Positions 37,112 through 46,734 of a stretch of DNA of 64,000 nt are shown here, in pieces. A program made the translations under genes and the position numbers. Numbering within the stretch: position 1 is the stretch's first letter; every line of letters starts with the position of its first letter. Below the pieces are notes generated by a model. That model saw only the letters and a list, made by a program, of their open reading frames with translations, was not told where the DNA came from and searched no databases. This stretch comes from a phage: sequence record OZ470804.1. The stretch is one strand, 5' to 3'.

Positions 37112-39089
37112 AGGTCGTAAATTGAAAGAGGCTGGTCAGTTTATTGGTCATTGTGCATGTCCACGTTGTGGTTCATCAGATGCTGGTTCAATCTACCATC
37201 ATGACGATGATTCTTATTCGATGACTTGCTTTAGTTGTAATAAAGGTTTCCCAGAGTGGGATTTTGATAAAGGACAAATCGTGAGCACTTATTCTACTGG
37301 TTCAGACAATAAAAACCGTACTTTCCGTGGAATGGATTTAGACGATGTAAAAGAAAACCTAGAAGCAATGGACTTGAAAGACAGGAAGATTCCTGCAAAA
37401 GTCCTTGAACGTTTAGGTATCAAGGTTGACATTGATGGTGACGGTGAAATTGACGCACATTTCTATCCAACTTACAAACGTAATGAAGATGGTAAGCTAG
37501 AGCACGTCGGTTATCGTGTACGTCACCGTTACCCAGAAGACCACCCAAAAGAACATCTACGCGGTAAGTTAAAAGACTTTTCAGGTGGTGTTGGGGACAT
37601 TAAAGGTGAACTGGCAATGTTCGGTTCATGGATTGCTCCAGAAGGTGGTAACCGTCTATTCATTTGGGAAGGTGAGATGGAATGTGCCACAGCAATCTAC
37701 ATGACTTCTCTGGCGATTAAAGATAAGTCTCGTCGTAAGAATTACTGTCACGTATCTGTTCCATCAGGTGCAAACATTAAGTCTATCAAAGACAACTATC
37801 AGTACATTACATCATTTGATGAGATTTACTTGTGCTTTGATAACGATGAAGCAGGTGCTAAAGCTACCAAAGAAGCTGCTGGTATCCTACCTATTGAGAA
37901 GGTTCGTTTATTCCAGTATCCAGAAGGTGTAAAAGACCTTAACGAATGGTGGACAAAGTTCTATAAAGAGAAAGACACAGTTCTGGAAGGATTTAAACAG
38001 CGTATCTACAACGCACCTCGTTACTGCCCTGCTGGTATCAAGAACTTCGCAGATGGTTTTGAGGCAATGAAGAATCGTGGTCAGATTCCATTGATTCCTT
38101 TCCCAGAATCTTTCGGAGATTTGAACAGGTTGACTTATGGTGGTTATGGTTTAGGTGAGATTACAACTCTGGCAGCACCATCTTCAGTAGGTAAATCAGC
38201 GTACACCCGTGAAATGATTTACACTGCTTGGAAGGAAACTGATTATAATATTGGTGTAATTCCTGTAGAAGATACCTATGAAGAGTTGATGGAGATGCTC
38301 TGTGCAATTCATCTAAGCAAGCAGATTTCTGAGATTCCTTATGATGAACGTGATTGGGATGAATTGAAGGAAGCACACGCAGAACTATCTAAAGGTCGTC
38401 GTATCCATATCGTTGACCATCAAGGGGCAATTGACCAAGATAACCTGCTGGAATTTGTTGACTATCTTGTTAACAGTTTAGACTGTAAGATTATTATTCT
38501 TGACCCTATTACGTTGGCTCTGTCACGTTCAGATACGGATGAAGAGGAAGTTTTATCTGAGCTATTGCGTCGTTGCAAACGCTACCAGTATGCACAGGTA
38601 AACGTATGTCACGTTCGTAAGAGTGCAGGTGGTCAGAAAGCTAACTCTGAAGGTGGAGATATCTCTGAAGAGGATATTAAGGGTTCTGGTGCATACTTCC
38701 AGATTTCCATGAACAACATTCTGTTAATGCGTAACAAGGTTGACCCAGACCCTGTTAAGAAAAACTTGACAAAAATCAAGTTAACTAAGTGTCGTCGTCA
38801 TGGTAAGTCAACAGGTATTGCTGGTCATACTTGGTACAATCCAGATACAGGACGTCTTATCAAAGCTTCTGGATGTGGTGTTGACATTGATGGTGCAGCA
38901 GAAAATATTCGTCAACAGTTTGGTATTGGTGAAGCTGAAGACCATTACGATGACTCTTTACCTCATTATGAGGATGAAGTGTTTGACCGTGAGACTGGTG
39001 AAGTCTATACTGAAGAACAGCGTCAAAGTTCAACAATCCCACCTGTATTAAGCGAGGATGCAGATGACTGCCCGTTCGAAACTGAGTGA
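37098..39089 (+). CDS. DNA primase-helicase (zinc ribbon + DnaB-like helicase)
   Basis: N-terminal CACPRCG ... CFSCN zinc ribbon; Walker A APSSVGKS; 663 aa. Confidence 0.85.
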   Translation: MLMSKGRKLKEAGQFIGHCACPRCGSSDAGSIYHHDDDSYSMTCFSCNKGFPEWDFDKGQIVSTYSTGSDNKNRTFRGMDLDDVKENLEAMDLKDRKIPAKVLERLGIKVDIDGDGEIDAHFYPTYKRNEDGKLEHVGYRVRHRYPEDHPKEHLRGKLKDFSGGVGDIKGELAMFGSWIAPEGGNRLFIWEGEMECATAIYMTSLAIKDKSRRKNYCHVSVPSGANIKSIKDNYQYITSFDEIYLCFDNDEAGAKATKEAAGILPIEKVRLFQYPEGVKDLNEWWTKFYKEKDTVLEGFKQRIYNAPRYCPAGIKNFADGFEAMKNRGQIPLIPFPESFGDLNRLTYGGYGLGEITTLAAPSSVGKSAYTREMIYTAWKETDYNIGVIPVEDTYEELMEMLCAIHLSKQISEIPYDERDWDELKEAHAELSKGRRIHIVDHQGAIDQDNLLEFVDYLVNSLDCKIIILDPITLALSRSDTDEEEVLSELLRRCKRYQYAQVNVCHVRKSAGGQKANSEGGDISEEDIKGSGAYFQISMNNILLMRNKVDPDPVKKNLTKIKLTKCRRHGKSTGIAGHTWYNPDTGRLIKASGCGVDIDGAAENIRQQFGIGEAEDHYDDSLPHYEDEVFDRETGEVYTEEQRQSSTIPPVLSEDADDCPFETE

Positions 39090-39159
39090 TAGTTATAAAA
39101 GAGAGGGGTTTATACCCTTCTTTGAAGAAAAAAGTTTAAATAAATTTCAGGAAGAGTGT

Positions 39160-39188
39160 TTGACAAAGATTGATAGGTTCTATAGAAT
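39160..39188 (+). promoter_or_regulatory. sigma70-like promoter TTGACA-N17-TAGAAT
   Basis: TTGACA 39160-39165, 17-nt spacer, TAGAAT 39183-39188. Confidence 0.45.
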
Positions 39189-39341
39189 GCTCCTCATGAA
39201 ATGCGATGGGGAGGTTGCTATAAAAGAAGATTCCTACCAAAGCACGATTACAGTCATCATTACACTGCCTCAGCATAATATTAGTTGGCTGTTTATAATT
39301 AAAGAAAATGTGTTTGAATATCAAGTATATCGGAGAATATC

Positions 39342-39491
39342 ATGAAGCACTCTAAAGCATTTGAAAAAGTTTTTGGGGATTCCTTAAAAGCCACTGCTGG
39401 AAAACCAGCAAAATACTATGAAGAAAAACGTGTAAGAACTGGAAAAACTGCACGTAAAGCAGCTTCTAAAGATAAGCACAACTTCCAGTAA
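39342..39491 (+). CDS. small basic protein (49 aa, absent from ORF track)
   Basis: ATG preceded by GGAGA RBS; translation MKHSKAFEKVFGDSLKATAGKPAKYYEEKRVRTGKTARKAASKDKHNFQ. Confidence 0.3.
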   Translation: MKHSKAFEKVFGDSLKATAGKPAKYYEEKRVRTGKTARKAASKDKHNFQ

Positions 39492-39498
39492 TTAGTAT

Positions 39499-39527
39499 TT
39501 GACAATAGAGTATCAACAAACTAGAAT
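39499..39527 (+). promoter_or_regulatory. sigma70-like promoter TTGACA-N17-TAGAAT
   Basis: TTGACA 39499-39504, 17-nt spacer, TAGAAT 39522-39527; 36 nt upstream of SSB-like gene. Confidence 0.5.
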
Positions 39528-39563
39528 TGGTACTCTTCATAAATTGAGATAGAGGTTTAAATA

Positions 39564-40421
39564 ATGTCTAAAGTTGTTAAAATGAAAGCTCCGGTAGAGA
39601 AGTACAACGGTACTGAACGTCAAACTCTGCGTTACCTGCTGAAAGATGTCTGGTTTTATTACCTGAACACTTCACCACGTCCGGGAAAAGGTAAGTCTAT
39701 TGATAAGAAATTCCCAGGCAAAGACTGTAACTACAGCGTATCAATTCTGGCAGAAGACGGTAACAAACTGTTTAAAGAGTTTACTAAGTCTAAGAAGAAC
39801 CCAGAAGGTTGGGATAAAGTTACTACTGAAGCAGTTGATGCAGATGACTTCGAAGAGAAGTTTGGTTGTAAACCACCTTTTGAAGCAGACACTTACTACA
39901 TCTTGAAAGTAAGTCGTGCAGCAGCTTATAAAGATGGTGCTGTGTGGACAGCTAAACAGTCATTCCCTGTAATGCTGATTGAAGAAGTAAATGGTAAGCG
40001 TGTAGCTGTTAAACAGCCGATGAAGAAAATCAAAGCTCAAGCATCTGACAAACATGAAGATGACAAGAACTATGATGTAATTCATCCAGATATTGCAGTT
40101 GGTAACGGTTCTTTTGGTAGTGTGATTCTTTCTACTCACTTCTACACTTTTGAGAACAATGTTCTGACAAAACCTATTCAGGAACAGTTTATCATCGATA
40201 CTCTTGTACCTTACACTGGTGGTAATGGTGCTAATGGTGAACCTGAACTGGATGAAGATGAACTGGCTATGCTTGGTCTTGATGGTGTTGAAGATAACGG
40301 TGAAATCACTGAAGAAGACGCAACAGACCACAAACCTTCGAATAATTCTGATGATGGTGACGATGAAGACTTGCCAGACCCAGATGACGAAGAAGATGAA
40401 GACTTCGATACAGAAGACTAA
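39564..40421 (+). CDS. single-stranded DNA-binding protein (candidate, acidic C-terminal tail)
   Basis: 285 aa; extremely acidic C-terminus DDGDDEDLPDPDDEEDEDFDTED as in T7 gp2.5-type SSBs; in replication module. Confidence 0.5.
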   Translation: MSKVVKMKAPVEKYNGTERQTLRYLLKDVWFYYLNTSPRPGKGKSIDKKFPGKDCNYSVSILAEDGNKLFKEFTKSKKNPEGWDKVTTEAVDADDFEEKFGCKPPFEADTYYILKVSRAAAYKDGAVWTAKQSFPVMLIEEVNGKRVAVKQPMKKIKAQASDKHEDDKNYDVIHPDIAVGNGSFGSVILSTHFYTFENNVLTKPIQEQFIIDTLVPYTGGNGANGEPELDEDELAMLGLDGVEDNGEITEEDATDHKPSNNSDDGDDEDLPDPDDEEDEDFDTED

Positions 40422-40440
40422 TCTCTAAAAGTTACTTTAA

Positions 40441-40467
40441 AGCCCTGTACTTAGTATGGGGCTTTTT
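40441..40467 (+). terminator. terminator-like hairpin
   Basis: AGCCC / GGGCT stem with 13-nt loop followed by TTTTT. Confidence 0.4.
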
Positions 40468-40483
40468 CATATGGAGAGCCATA

Positions 40484-41530
40484 ATGGAGAAGTACACATT
40501 AACAAAACTTCCCGATTCAGTTACACATGTCTTTATTGACTCTGATAGCATTGCCTATAAAGGTGCTTGTGTAGTTGAGAAAGCAAAATATAAATATGTC
40601 AATAAACTCACAGCAGAAGAATCTGAACCATTTGATAATGCAAAAGATGCTGCAAGATGGTTAGCAGACCAGAGAATCCTTGTAGAAGAGCTTGGACTGA
40701 CATTTGATGAAGATGAATGGGAAAGACAGACTTGGAAAGAAGCTAAGAGTGAAAAAGAAGCTATCATGGCTACTCAGCAGGTTCTTCAGGAATGGCTTAA
40801 GGTTGTTGGTAAAGAAAGAACTTGGGTAGGTTATTTAACAGAGAAAGGTGTGCATAAACATAAAGACATTAAAGGTCTTGAGCACCAATATCAAGGTAAC
40901 CGCAAAGATGCTGTCACACCAACACACTTAGTTGCTTGTCGTGAGTATCTTCTGTCAAGGCCAGAGTTCAAATTGATTCTTGATGGATTTGAAGCTGACT
41001 CTATCGTTATTGCTAAAGCTGAAAAGATGGGTAAAAAGGCTGCCTTAATGAGTATTGATAAAGACCTTCGCCAAGCTGAAGGGACTTACTGCATTGATAT
41101 GACCTATGAAAAGTCGCCTTTGATTTTCATTGCTGATAACAACGTTGGTGAAATTTGGGATTGTCCAATAAAATCGACACCAAAAGCTAAGAAGACAGTT
41201 GGGGTAGGTTTTAAATTTCTTTGTTACCAAGCTGTGGCTGGTGATAATGCGGATAATTATTTTGGTTTAAAGGGTGTTGGTAAGGTTACTATAATGAAAG
41301 CCCTTGAAGGTAAAACCACCTACAAAGAGTGTCTTGATGCAATTTATGAGCTTTATGCTAAGAAAGAGTCATACACTTATGTCTCGTGGGATGGTCAAAC
41401 AATTACCAGAACACCTTTAGAGTTAATGCAGCAACACTTTTTCTTAGCTTATCAGGAAAGAAACAAGAAAGACGATTTCACTTTTGATAAGTATGGGTGG
41501 ACACCAAATGTTAACTCAACAAACTCTTAA
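40484..41530 (+). CDS. 5'-3' exonuclease / flap endonuclease (T4 RNase H-like)
   Basis: VFIDSDSIAYKGA, FEADSIVIA, MSIDKDL and H3TH-like AVAGDNADNYFGLKGVG match FEN-family motifs. Confidence 0.8.
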   Translation: MEKYTLTKLPDSVTHVFIDSDSIAYKGACVVEKAKYKYVNKLTAEESEPFDNAKDAARWLADQRILVEELGLTFDEDEWERQTWKEAKSEKEAIMATQQVLQEWLKVVGKERTWVGYLTEKGVHKHKDIKGLEHQYQGNRKDAVTPTHLVACREYLLSRPEFKLILDGFEADSIVIAKAEKMGKKAALMSIDKDLRQAEGTYCIDMTYEKSPLIFIADNNVGEIWDCPIKSTPKAKKTVGVGFKFLCYQAVAGDNADNYFGLKGVGKVTIMKALEGKTTYKECLDAIYELYAKKESYTYVSWDGQTITRTPLELMQQHFFLAYQERNKKDDFTFDKYGWTPNVNSTNS

Positions 41531-42008
41531 AGAATACCTGCACTATGACCCCGAAACAGGGGTCTTTACTTGGTTAGTTGGTAGAAAAGGTAAGGCCAAA
41601 GCTGGCTCAGTAGCAGGTCTTAAACATCATAGTGGTTATATTTATATAAAACTCTTCGGAAAAAGATATGCAGCACACAGACTGGCATTCTTGTATATGA
41701 AAGGATACCTCCCAAAATTTGTTGACCACAAGAATGGTATCAGGCACGACAACTGGTTCGACAATTTGAGAGAGTGTAGCAGGTCAGACAACAACTGCAA
41801 TGCAGTCAAAAGAAAAGATAATAAGTCTGGTGTGAAGGGTGTATATTACCACAAGCAAAGGGGTAGGTGGGCTGCACAAGTCAAGCATAATAAAGTATGC
41901 TACCATCTAGGTTTATTTGACTCTATCACTGAGGCTGAATCAGTTGTCAAAAAGAAAAGAGAAGAACTCCATAGAGAGTTTACAAATCACGGAGAAGCTC
42001 ATGAATGA
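41493..42008 (+). CDS. HNH homing endonuclease with AP2-type domain
   Basis: VDHKNGIRHDNWFDNLRE plus GVYYHKQRGRWAAQVKHNKVCYHLGLFDSITEAE; start uncertain (track 41484, ATGs at 41493 and 41508). Confidence 0.8.
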   Translation: MGGHQMLTQQTLKEYLHYDPETGVFTWLVGRKGKAKAGSVAGLKHHSGYIYIKLFGKRYAAHRLAFLYMKGYLPKFVDHKNGIRHDNWFDNLRECSRSDNNCNAVKRKDNKSGVKGVYYHKQRGRWAAQVKHNKVCYHLGLFDSITEAESVVKKKREELHREFTNHGEAHE

Positions 42009-42505
42009 TTAAAGTTAAAGGTTTTGGGAGTTGTCCAACTTATGGTCACTGGATTTCACTATGTGGTGAAGTTGACCCAGCAAAGCACTTTGGTTTTGTC
42101 TACCTAGTGTACTGCAAAAAGACTGGACAGTACTATTTGGGTAAGAAACAGCTTAACAGTGTGACAAAAAGAAAAGTTGCCGGTAAGACTCGGAAGAAGG
42201 TAGTCACTAAGGAGAGTGATTGGATGACTTATGAGACTTCTTCTGAGTATATTAAAAAAGATATTGAGAGCTTTGGAAAAGAATTTTTTGACTTTTACAT
42301 TATTCAGACCTACTACACAAAAGGTGGCCTAGTCTATGGTGAAGCAAACCTTCAACATAAATTCGATGTAATGACAAAAAGGATTGACTCGAAGCTCAGA
42401 CTCTTCTACAATGCCAATATTGCAGCAATTAAGTTTATTACTAAAGAAACTTATGAAGATGCTGAAAAAAGAATCCATAAGGTAATGAAAGCAAATTGTG
42501 CTTGA
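42005..42505 (+). CDS. GIY-YIG-like endonuclease (candidate)
   Basis: GFVYLVYCKKTGQYYLGKK fits GIY-(10-11)-YIG spacing. Confidence 0.45.
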   Translation: MIKVKGFGSCPTYGHWISLCGEVDPAKHFGFVYLVYCKKTGQYYLGKKQLNSVTKRKVAGKTRKKVVTKESDWMTYETSSEYIKKDIESFGKEFFDFYIIQTYYTKGGLVYGEANLQHKFDVMTKRIDSKLRLFYNANIAAIKFITKETYEDAEKRIHKVMKANCA

Positions 42506-42511
42506 TAACTA

Positions 42512-42757
42512 TTGAGAGAGAATAAAATGTTTAACAAAAGCAAAGCTGTGAGTCATGTAGCAAAAGTTGACAGTAAGATTGAAGAACTTGAGCGCATTCT
42601 TGCAAATGCTAAAGAGTCAATAATTAAAGAAGTTGAAGCTGTTGAATCTCAAATGCAGCACCTAATGCTTAAACGCCAAGAGCTACGTGAGCATCTGGAA
42701 TATATTGAAACACGAGAGCTAAAGGTTAACAGATTTTTAAGGAGTCCAAATGTTTAA
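42512..42757 (+). CDS. hypothetical coiled-coil protein
   Basis: 81-aa helical ORF. Confidence 0.3.
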   Translation: MRENKMFNKSKAVSHVAKVDSKIEELERILANAKESIIKEVEAVESQMQHLMLKRQELREHLEYIETRELKVNRFLRSPNV

Positions 42758-43505
42758 CTCAAGAGAAGCAGTAAAAAACTGGAATCTTCGTTGTGGAAAC
42801 ACTCAAAAGCAACCTTACAGTGATGAGTATTGGGAATCTTTAAAATCCCAGTCTCTGTGTATGCTTGAAGAAGCAAAAGAGCTTGTAAAAGCAATTGAAG
42901 AGAAAGACCCCATTGAGACACTGGATGCTCAGGCAGATTTGCAATATGTTCTTGATGGTCTGATTTATCTGTCACAACATGACCATAACGGTGCTATGAA
43001 AGCTGTTTGCCATAATAATGACCTGAAGTACACAGATGACTATGAAGAGGCTTTAAAACGTCTTGCAGACATTGAAAAGCGTACTGGTCAAGAGTGTATC
43101 ATCAGAATGTCAGTGGTTGATGGTAAAGAGTGGTATGCGATTGTCCGTGCAGCCGATGGGAAGATTATGAAGCAATCAAATCTCCCTAAAGTACAGCTTG
43201 GTGAATACATTGTAGAACTTGAAAGCCAAGAACTTTTTGTGGTAGTATCTGAGACATGCGTTATCTGCAAAGGTATTGTAGGTAGCTTAAAGGATTTGGG
43301 TGTAGATGGTTTTGTAGAAGTTAATCCAATTACCTCTAAAGCAGATAAAGATTTCTGTAAAGAGAATGGACTATGGATTGCAGATATTGTCTACTATGAT
43401 GGTGAGCAGTTCCATGTAACCTCATACCCGAAACTGAATTATGATGCTAATAACCTGAAGTGCTGGTTAAAAGGGGTTGGTTATAATGGATTCACAGAAC
43501 ATTAA
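42750..43505 (+). CDS. hypothetical protein with MazG-like NTP pyrophosphohydrolase resemblance
   Basis: LEEAKELVKAIEEKD ... LDAQADLQYVLDGLIYL resembles all-alpha NTP-PPase motif; weak. Confidence 0.3.
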   Translation: MFNSREAVKNWNLRCGNTQKQPYSDEYWESLKSQSLCMLEEAKELVKAIEEKDPIETLDAQADLQYVLDGLIYLSQHDHNGAMKAVCHNNDLKYTDDYEEALKRLADIEKRTGQECIIRMSVVDGKEWYAIVRAADGKIMKQSNLPKVQLGEYIVELESQELFVVVSETCVICKGIVGSLKDLGVDGFVEVNPITSKADKDFCKENGLWIADIVYYDGEQFHVTSYPKLNYDANNLKCWLKGVGYNGFTEH

Positions 43506-43809
43506 TAAAGAGGGTGTGGCTCAGAAGAGCCACTTCTCAAACTACAATATTTCTATGACGGTGTTTATGAATGACCCGTTACTAGAAAAATATGGTGAGA
43601 CTCCAGATACACTTCTGGACAATGAACAAGTTTTAAAAGCAGTCCTGTACAAATATGGGATTGATATTGAGAAAGAGTATTCTTTTGAAATCTGTCAACA
43701 CAGGAATACTTTCGGTAAAGTTGTGATGGCTCCGCTCTTTATTGGTGTAGAAAGGACTGACTATGGTTGGTTGTATCTGAAAAGAAACTTGGAGAAATAC
43801 CGTGTTTAA
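43477..43809 (+). CDS. hypothetical protein
   Basis: 110-aa ORF. Confidence 0.3.
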   Translation: MVIMDSQNINKEGVAQKSHFSNYNISMTVFMNDPLLEKYGETPDTLLDNEQVLKAVLYKYGIDIEKEYSFEICQHRNTFGKVVMAPLFIGVERTDYGWLYLKRNLEKYRV

Positions 43810-44140
43810 AGCAAAGAAGTTAGATTACGATGCCATTATCTCTGGTGCTAAGTTAGGTGTTGATAGTATCGGACAAGATGTTAAGCACGGGGACACAGTT
43901 ATGTACTGTGATGACCGAAGAGGCAGAAGTGCAATCTTGTTTGGGAGAATTGTTTGCAAGATGCGAGGTAATTACGTTGTTGCAGACATGGATGTGAACG
44001 TTACACAAAAACTTGAAACACTTATGGATGATAATACATCATCATGGTTCTCCCTGAATTGTATGCACACTTCTTCAGTCACAAAAGTAAGTGATAAGTT
44101 TTACGATATGTGGCAGAATGAGCAAATTTTCAAGATTTAA
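43802..44140 (+). CDS. hypothetical protein
   Basis: 112-aa ORF followed by terminator. Confidence 0.35.
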   Translation: MFKAKKLDYDAIISGAKLGVDSIGQDVKHGDTVMYCDDRRGRSAILFGRIVCKMRGNYVVADMDVNVTQKLETLMDDNTSSWFSLNCMHTSSVTKVSDKFYDMWQNEQIFKI

Positions 44141-44146
44141 ACTAGG

Positions 44147-44168
44147 GAGCCTCTTCGGAGGCTCTTTT
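44147..44168 (+). terminator. rho-independent terminator
   Basis: GAGCCTC-TTCG-GAGGCTC hairpin followed by TTTT. Confidence 0.65.
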
Positions 44169-44186
44169 CATCTGTAGGATTCAAAA

Positions 44187-46421
44187 ATGATTAAGACAAT
44201 TAAAAAATCAAACGGTACAGTAGTAAACTTTGACCCAGAAAGATTGAATAAGTGGGCATCATGGGCAGATAAGCGTGGAATTATCTGGTCAGAAGTCACT
44301 ATGGAAGCCATGAAACGTGTCTATGAAGGTTGCACTACAAAAGAGATGCACCAAGCCATGATTGATGTTTGTGTTGATAAGCAAACTCAAGAGTACTCAG
44401 ACATGGCTGGACGGCTACTTCTGGGAATTATCTACAAAGAAGCCTTTGGAGGCTTTACTAAGGTTCCTACGCTGGTTACCTTCGTTAAAAATATGGAGAG
44501 AGCAGGACTTTGGGAGAAGATGGACTATTCTCAGGAAGAGCTTGAATACCTGCAAGGGTACATTGTGCACTCAAAAGATATCTCTTATGGTTATGCAGTC
44601 CTGAAACAGTTTAGAGACAAGTATGGTATCCGTGATATTAAAACGGGAAGACTTTTTGAGTCACCACAGTTTATGTTTATGGGTATGGCTATGAAAGCCT
44701 TTGAGAAGCAACCAAAGCACCGTAGACTGCAAGATATTATCAAACTGTACACTTACCTATCTGACCTGAAGATTAATGCTCCTACGCCTTATCTGAATGG
44801 TTTAAGAGCTACTAAATCAGGTTATGCGTCATGCTGTTTGATTAAGGCGAATGATACTGCTGAATCACTTGGTATCGCTGCAAAGGTTGCTTATGATATG
44901 ACTACAAAGCAAGCTGGTATTGGGATGCTGATGGAGACTCGTACTATTGGTGATGGTATCCGTCAAAATACTATTGAGCACATGGGTAAGCTGCCTTATT
45001 ACAAGCTTGTACGTTCATCTGTAGAGGCAAACAAACAAAAGAGCCGTGGTGGTTCAGCTAACAACTTCTACACTGCTCTAGACCCGCAGATTGAAGATTT
45101 ACTGCGTTTGAAGCACCCTACAACGGTTCCTTCGAAACGTATTAACGAGATGGACTACTCGTTTGGTACAAATGATTATTTCTGGCAGTGTGTTCAATAT
45201 GATACAGACTGGTTGCTATTCTCTTACAAGGACGCACCAAAGCTCTATGACATGTTCTACACAGCATCTGCTGATGAGTTTGCTATGGCAGTTGGTCACG
45301 CAGTCCATTCAGGTGTTAAGCACAGACGAGTAAAGGCTCGTGAAATTGCTAAACTGTTTATCCAGCAGCGTTATGCAACAGGCCGTGTGTACCCATTCTT
45401 CACGAATAATGCAAACACACATACACCATTTAAAGAACCTTTGAAGATGTCAAATCTTTGTATGGAAATTGTGTTGCCAGTGTACGGCTTTGAGAAAGAG
45501 ACAGACCTTTACAGAGACGATGCTGTGAAAGAGGATGGTGAGGTAGCTCTTTGCTTCCTAGCTAGTTTGGTTGCAGGGAGAATTTCAGAAGATGAATACG
45601 CTGACGTTGCTTATTATGCTCTTGCAATGGTTGACTCCGTTATTGACCTTATGGATTATCCGTATCCGTCGATGCGCAACCATGTTCAGAAGCGTCGTTC
45701 TGTTGGGATTGGCCTTACAAATGTGGCTCATTACCTTGCAAAAAACTACGTGAACTACTCTTCAAGAGCAGGTAAGACGAAGCTTCATGAGCTTGCTGAA
45801 ATGCACTCTTACTACTTACACGAAGCTTCTTTAAGACTTGCTAAAGAACGTGGTGTACCTGAGTATATGCAGTTCACTAAGTATCCTGAAGGTTGGGTTC
45901 CTCCGAAGACAGCTAACAGGAAGATTGATGAGAAGCATGATGCAAAACTTCGTTATGATTGGGATGACTTAGCACAACGTATTAAAGAAAATGGTGGAAT
46001 CCGTAACTCTGTATTAGAAGCTTACATGCCTAATGAGAGTTCTTCACTGGCAACTAATACGACAAATGGCTTGTATCCAATTCGTGACTTTATTTTAACT
46101 AAAAAGTCTGCAACTGGTAACGTACTGTTTATTGTTCCAGATTACGAAGAGTTGAAGTATGTCTATGAAATTGCTTGGGATATTGACACCTTTGACCTGA
46201 TTGATTGCTATGCAATTGTTCAAAAGTTCACTGGTCAAGCTATCTCTTCAGATTTCTATGTTGACTACGCAAAAGCTAAGAAGGTATCATTGGCTCAAGC
46301 TTTGAAGTACATGATTTATGCCAACTCAGTAGGTATGAAAACCATGTACTACCTTAACAGCCGCATTGGTGTAGGTAAATCTGCACTACAAGATGCTTAT
46401 TGCGAGGGTTGTGGTGTTTAG
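44187..46421 (+). CDS. nrdA: ribonucleotide reductase class I alpha subunit
   Basis: ATP-cone-like N-terminus; active-site MSNLCMEIVLP; C-terminal Cys pair CEGCG; 744 aa. Confidence 0.9.
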   Translation: MIKTIKKSNGTVVNFDPERLNKWASWADKRGIIWSEVTMEAMKRVYEGCTTKEMHQAMIDVCVDKQTQEYSDMAGRLLLGIIYKEAFGGFTKVPTLVTFVKNMERAGLWEKMDYSQEELEYLQGYIVHSKDISYGYAVLKQFRDKYGIRDIKTGRLFESPQFMFMGMAMKAFEKQPKHRRLQDIIKLYTYLSDLKINAPTPYLNGLRATKSGYASCCLIKANDTAESLGIAAKVAYDMTTKQAGIGMLMETRTIGDGIRQNTIEHMGKLPYYKLVRSSVEANKQKSRGGSANNFYTALDPQIEDLLRLKHPTTVPSKRINEMDYSFGTNDYFWQCVQYDTDWLLFSYKDAPKLYDMFYTASADEFAMAVGHAVHSGVKHRRVKAREIAKLFIQQRYATGRVYPFFTNNANTHTPFKEPLKMSNLCMEIVLPVYGFEKETDLYRDDAVKEDGEVALCFLASLVAGRISEDEYADVAYYALAMVDSVIDLMDYPYPSMRNHVQKRRSVGIGLTNVAHYLAKNYVNYSSRAGKTKLHELAEMHSYYLHEASLRLAKERGVPEYMQFTKYPEGWVPPKTANRKIDEKHDAKLRYDWDDLAQRIKENGGIRNSVLEAYMPNESSSLATNTTNGLYPIRDFILTKKSATGNVLFIVPDYEELKYVYEIAWDIDTFDLIDCYAIVQKFTGQAISSDFYVDYAKAKKVSLAQALKYMIYANSVGMKTMYYLNSRIGVGKSALQDAYCEGCGV

Positions 46422-46476
46422 TTTTAATAACTATGAGGGTCGTAAAAGACCCTCTAAAATTAACTTTGGAGAAACT

Positions 46477-46734
46477 ATGAAAGACTTAATAGAAAAACAT
46501 GAGAGACCAATATACTTGTTCTACAAACCCCGCAAAACATTATACTACGTGAGCAGCACAGGCATCATGATAAAGCAGAATGACGACTTATGGGTCACTG
46601 GAGCCTCTTACATCTCTACAGCAGATGGTAAAATCTACGCAAGACCTTATGAGATGTTCAATGAAGAAAATTGGGAAGTTTTAGACAGAAAACAAGCCTT
46701 AGAGATGATAAAGAAAGGAGAAATCACGCTATGA
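46477..46734 (+). CDS. hypothetical small protein between nrdA and nrdB
   Basis: Track ORF 46393-46734; first ATG outside nrdA is at 46477. Confidence 0.3.
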   Translation: MKDLIEKHERPIYLFYKPRKTLYYVSSTGIMIKQNDDLWVTGASYISTADGKIYARPYEMFNEENWEVLDRKQALEMIKKGEITL

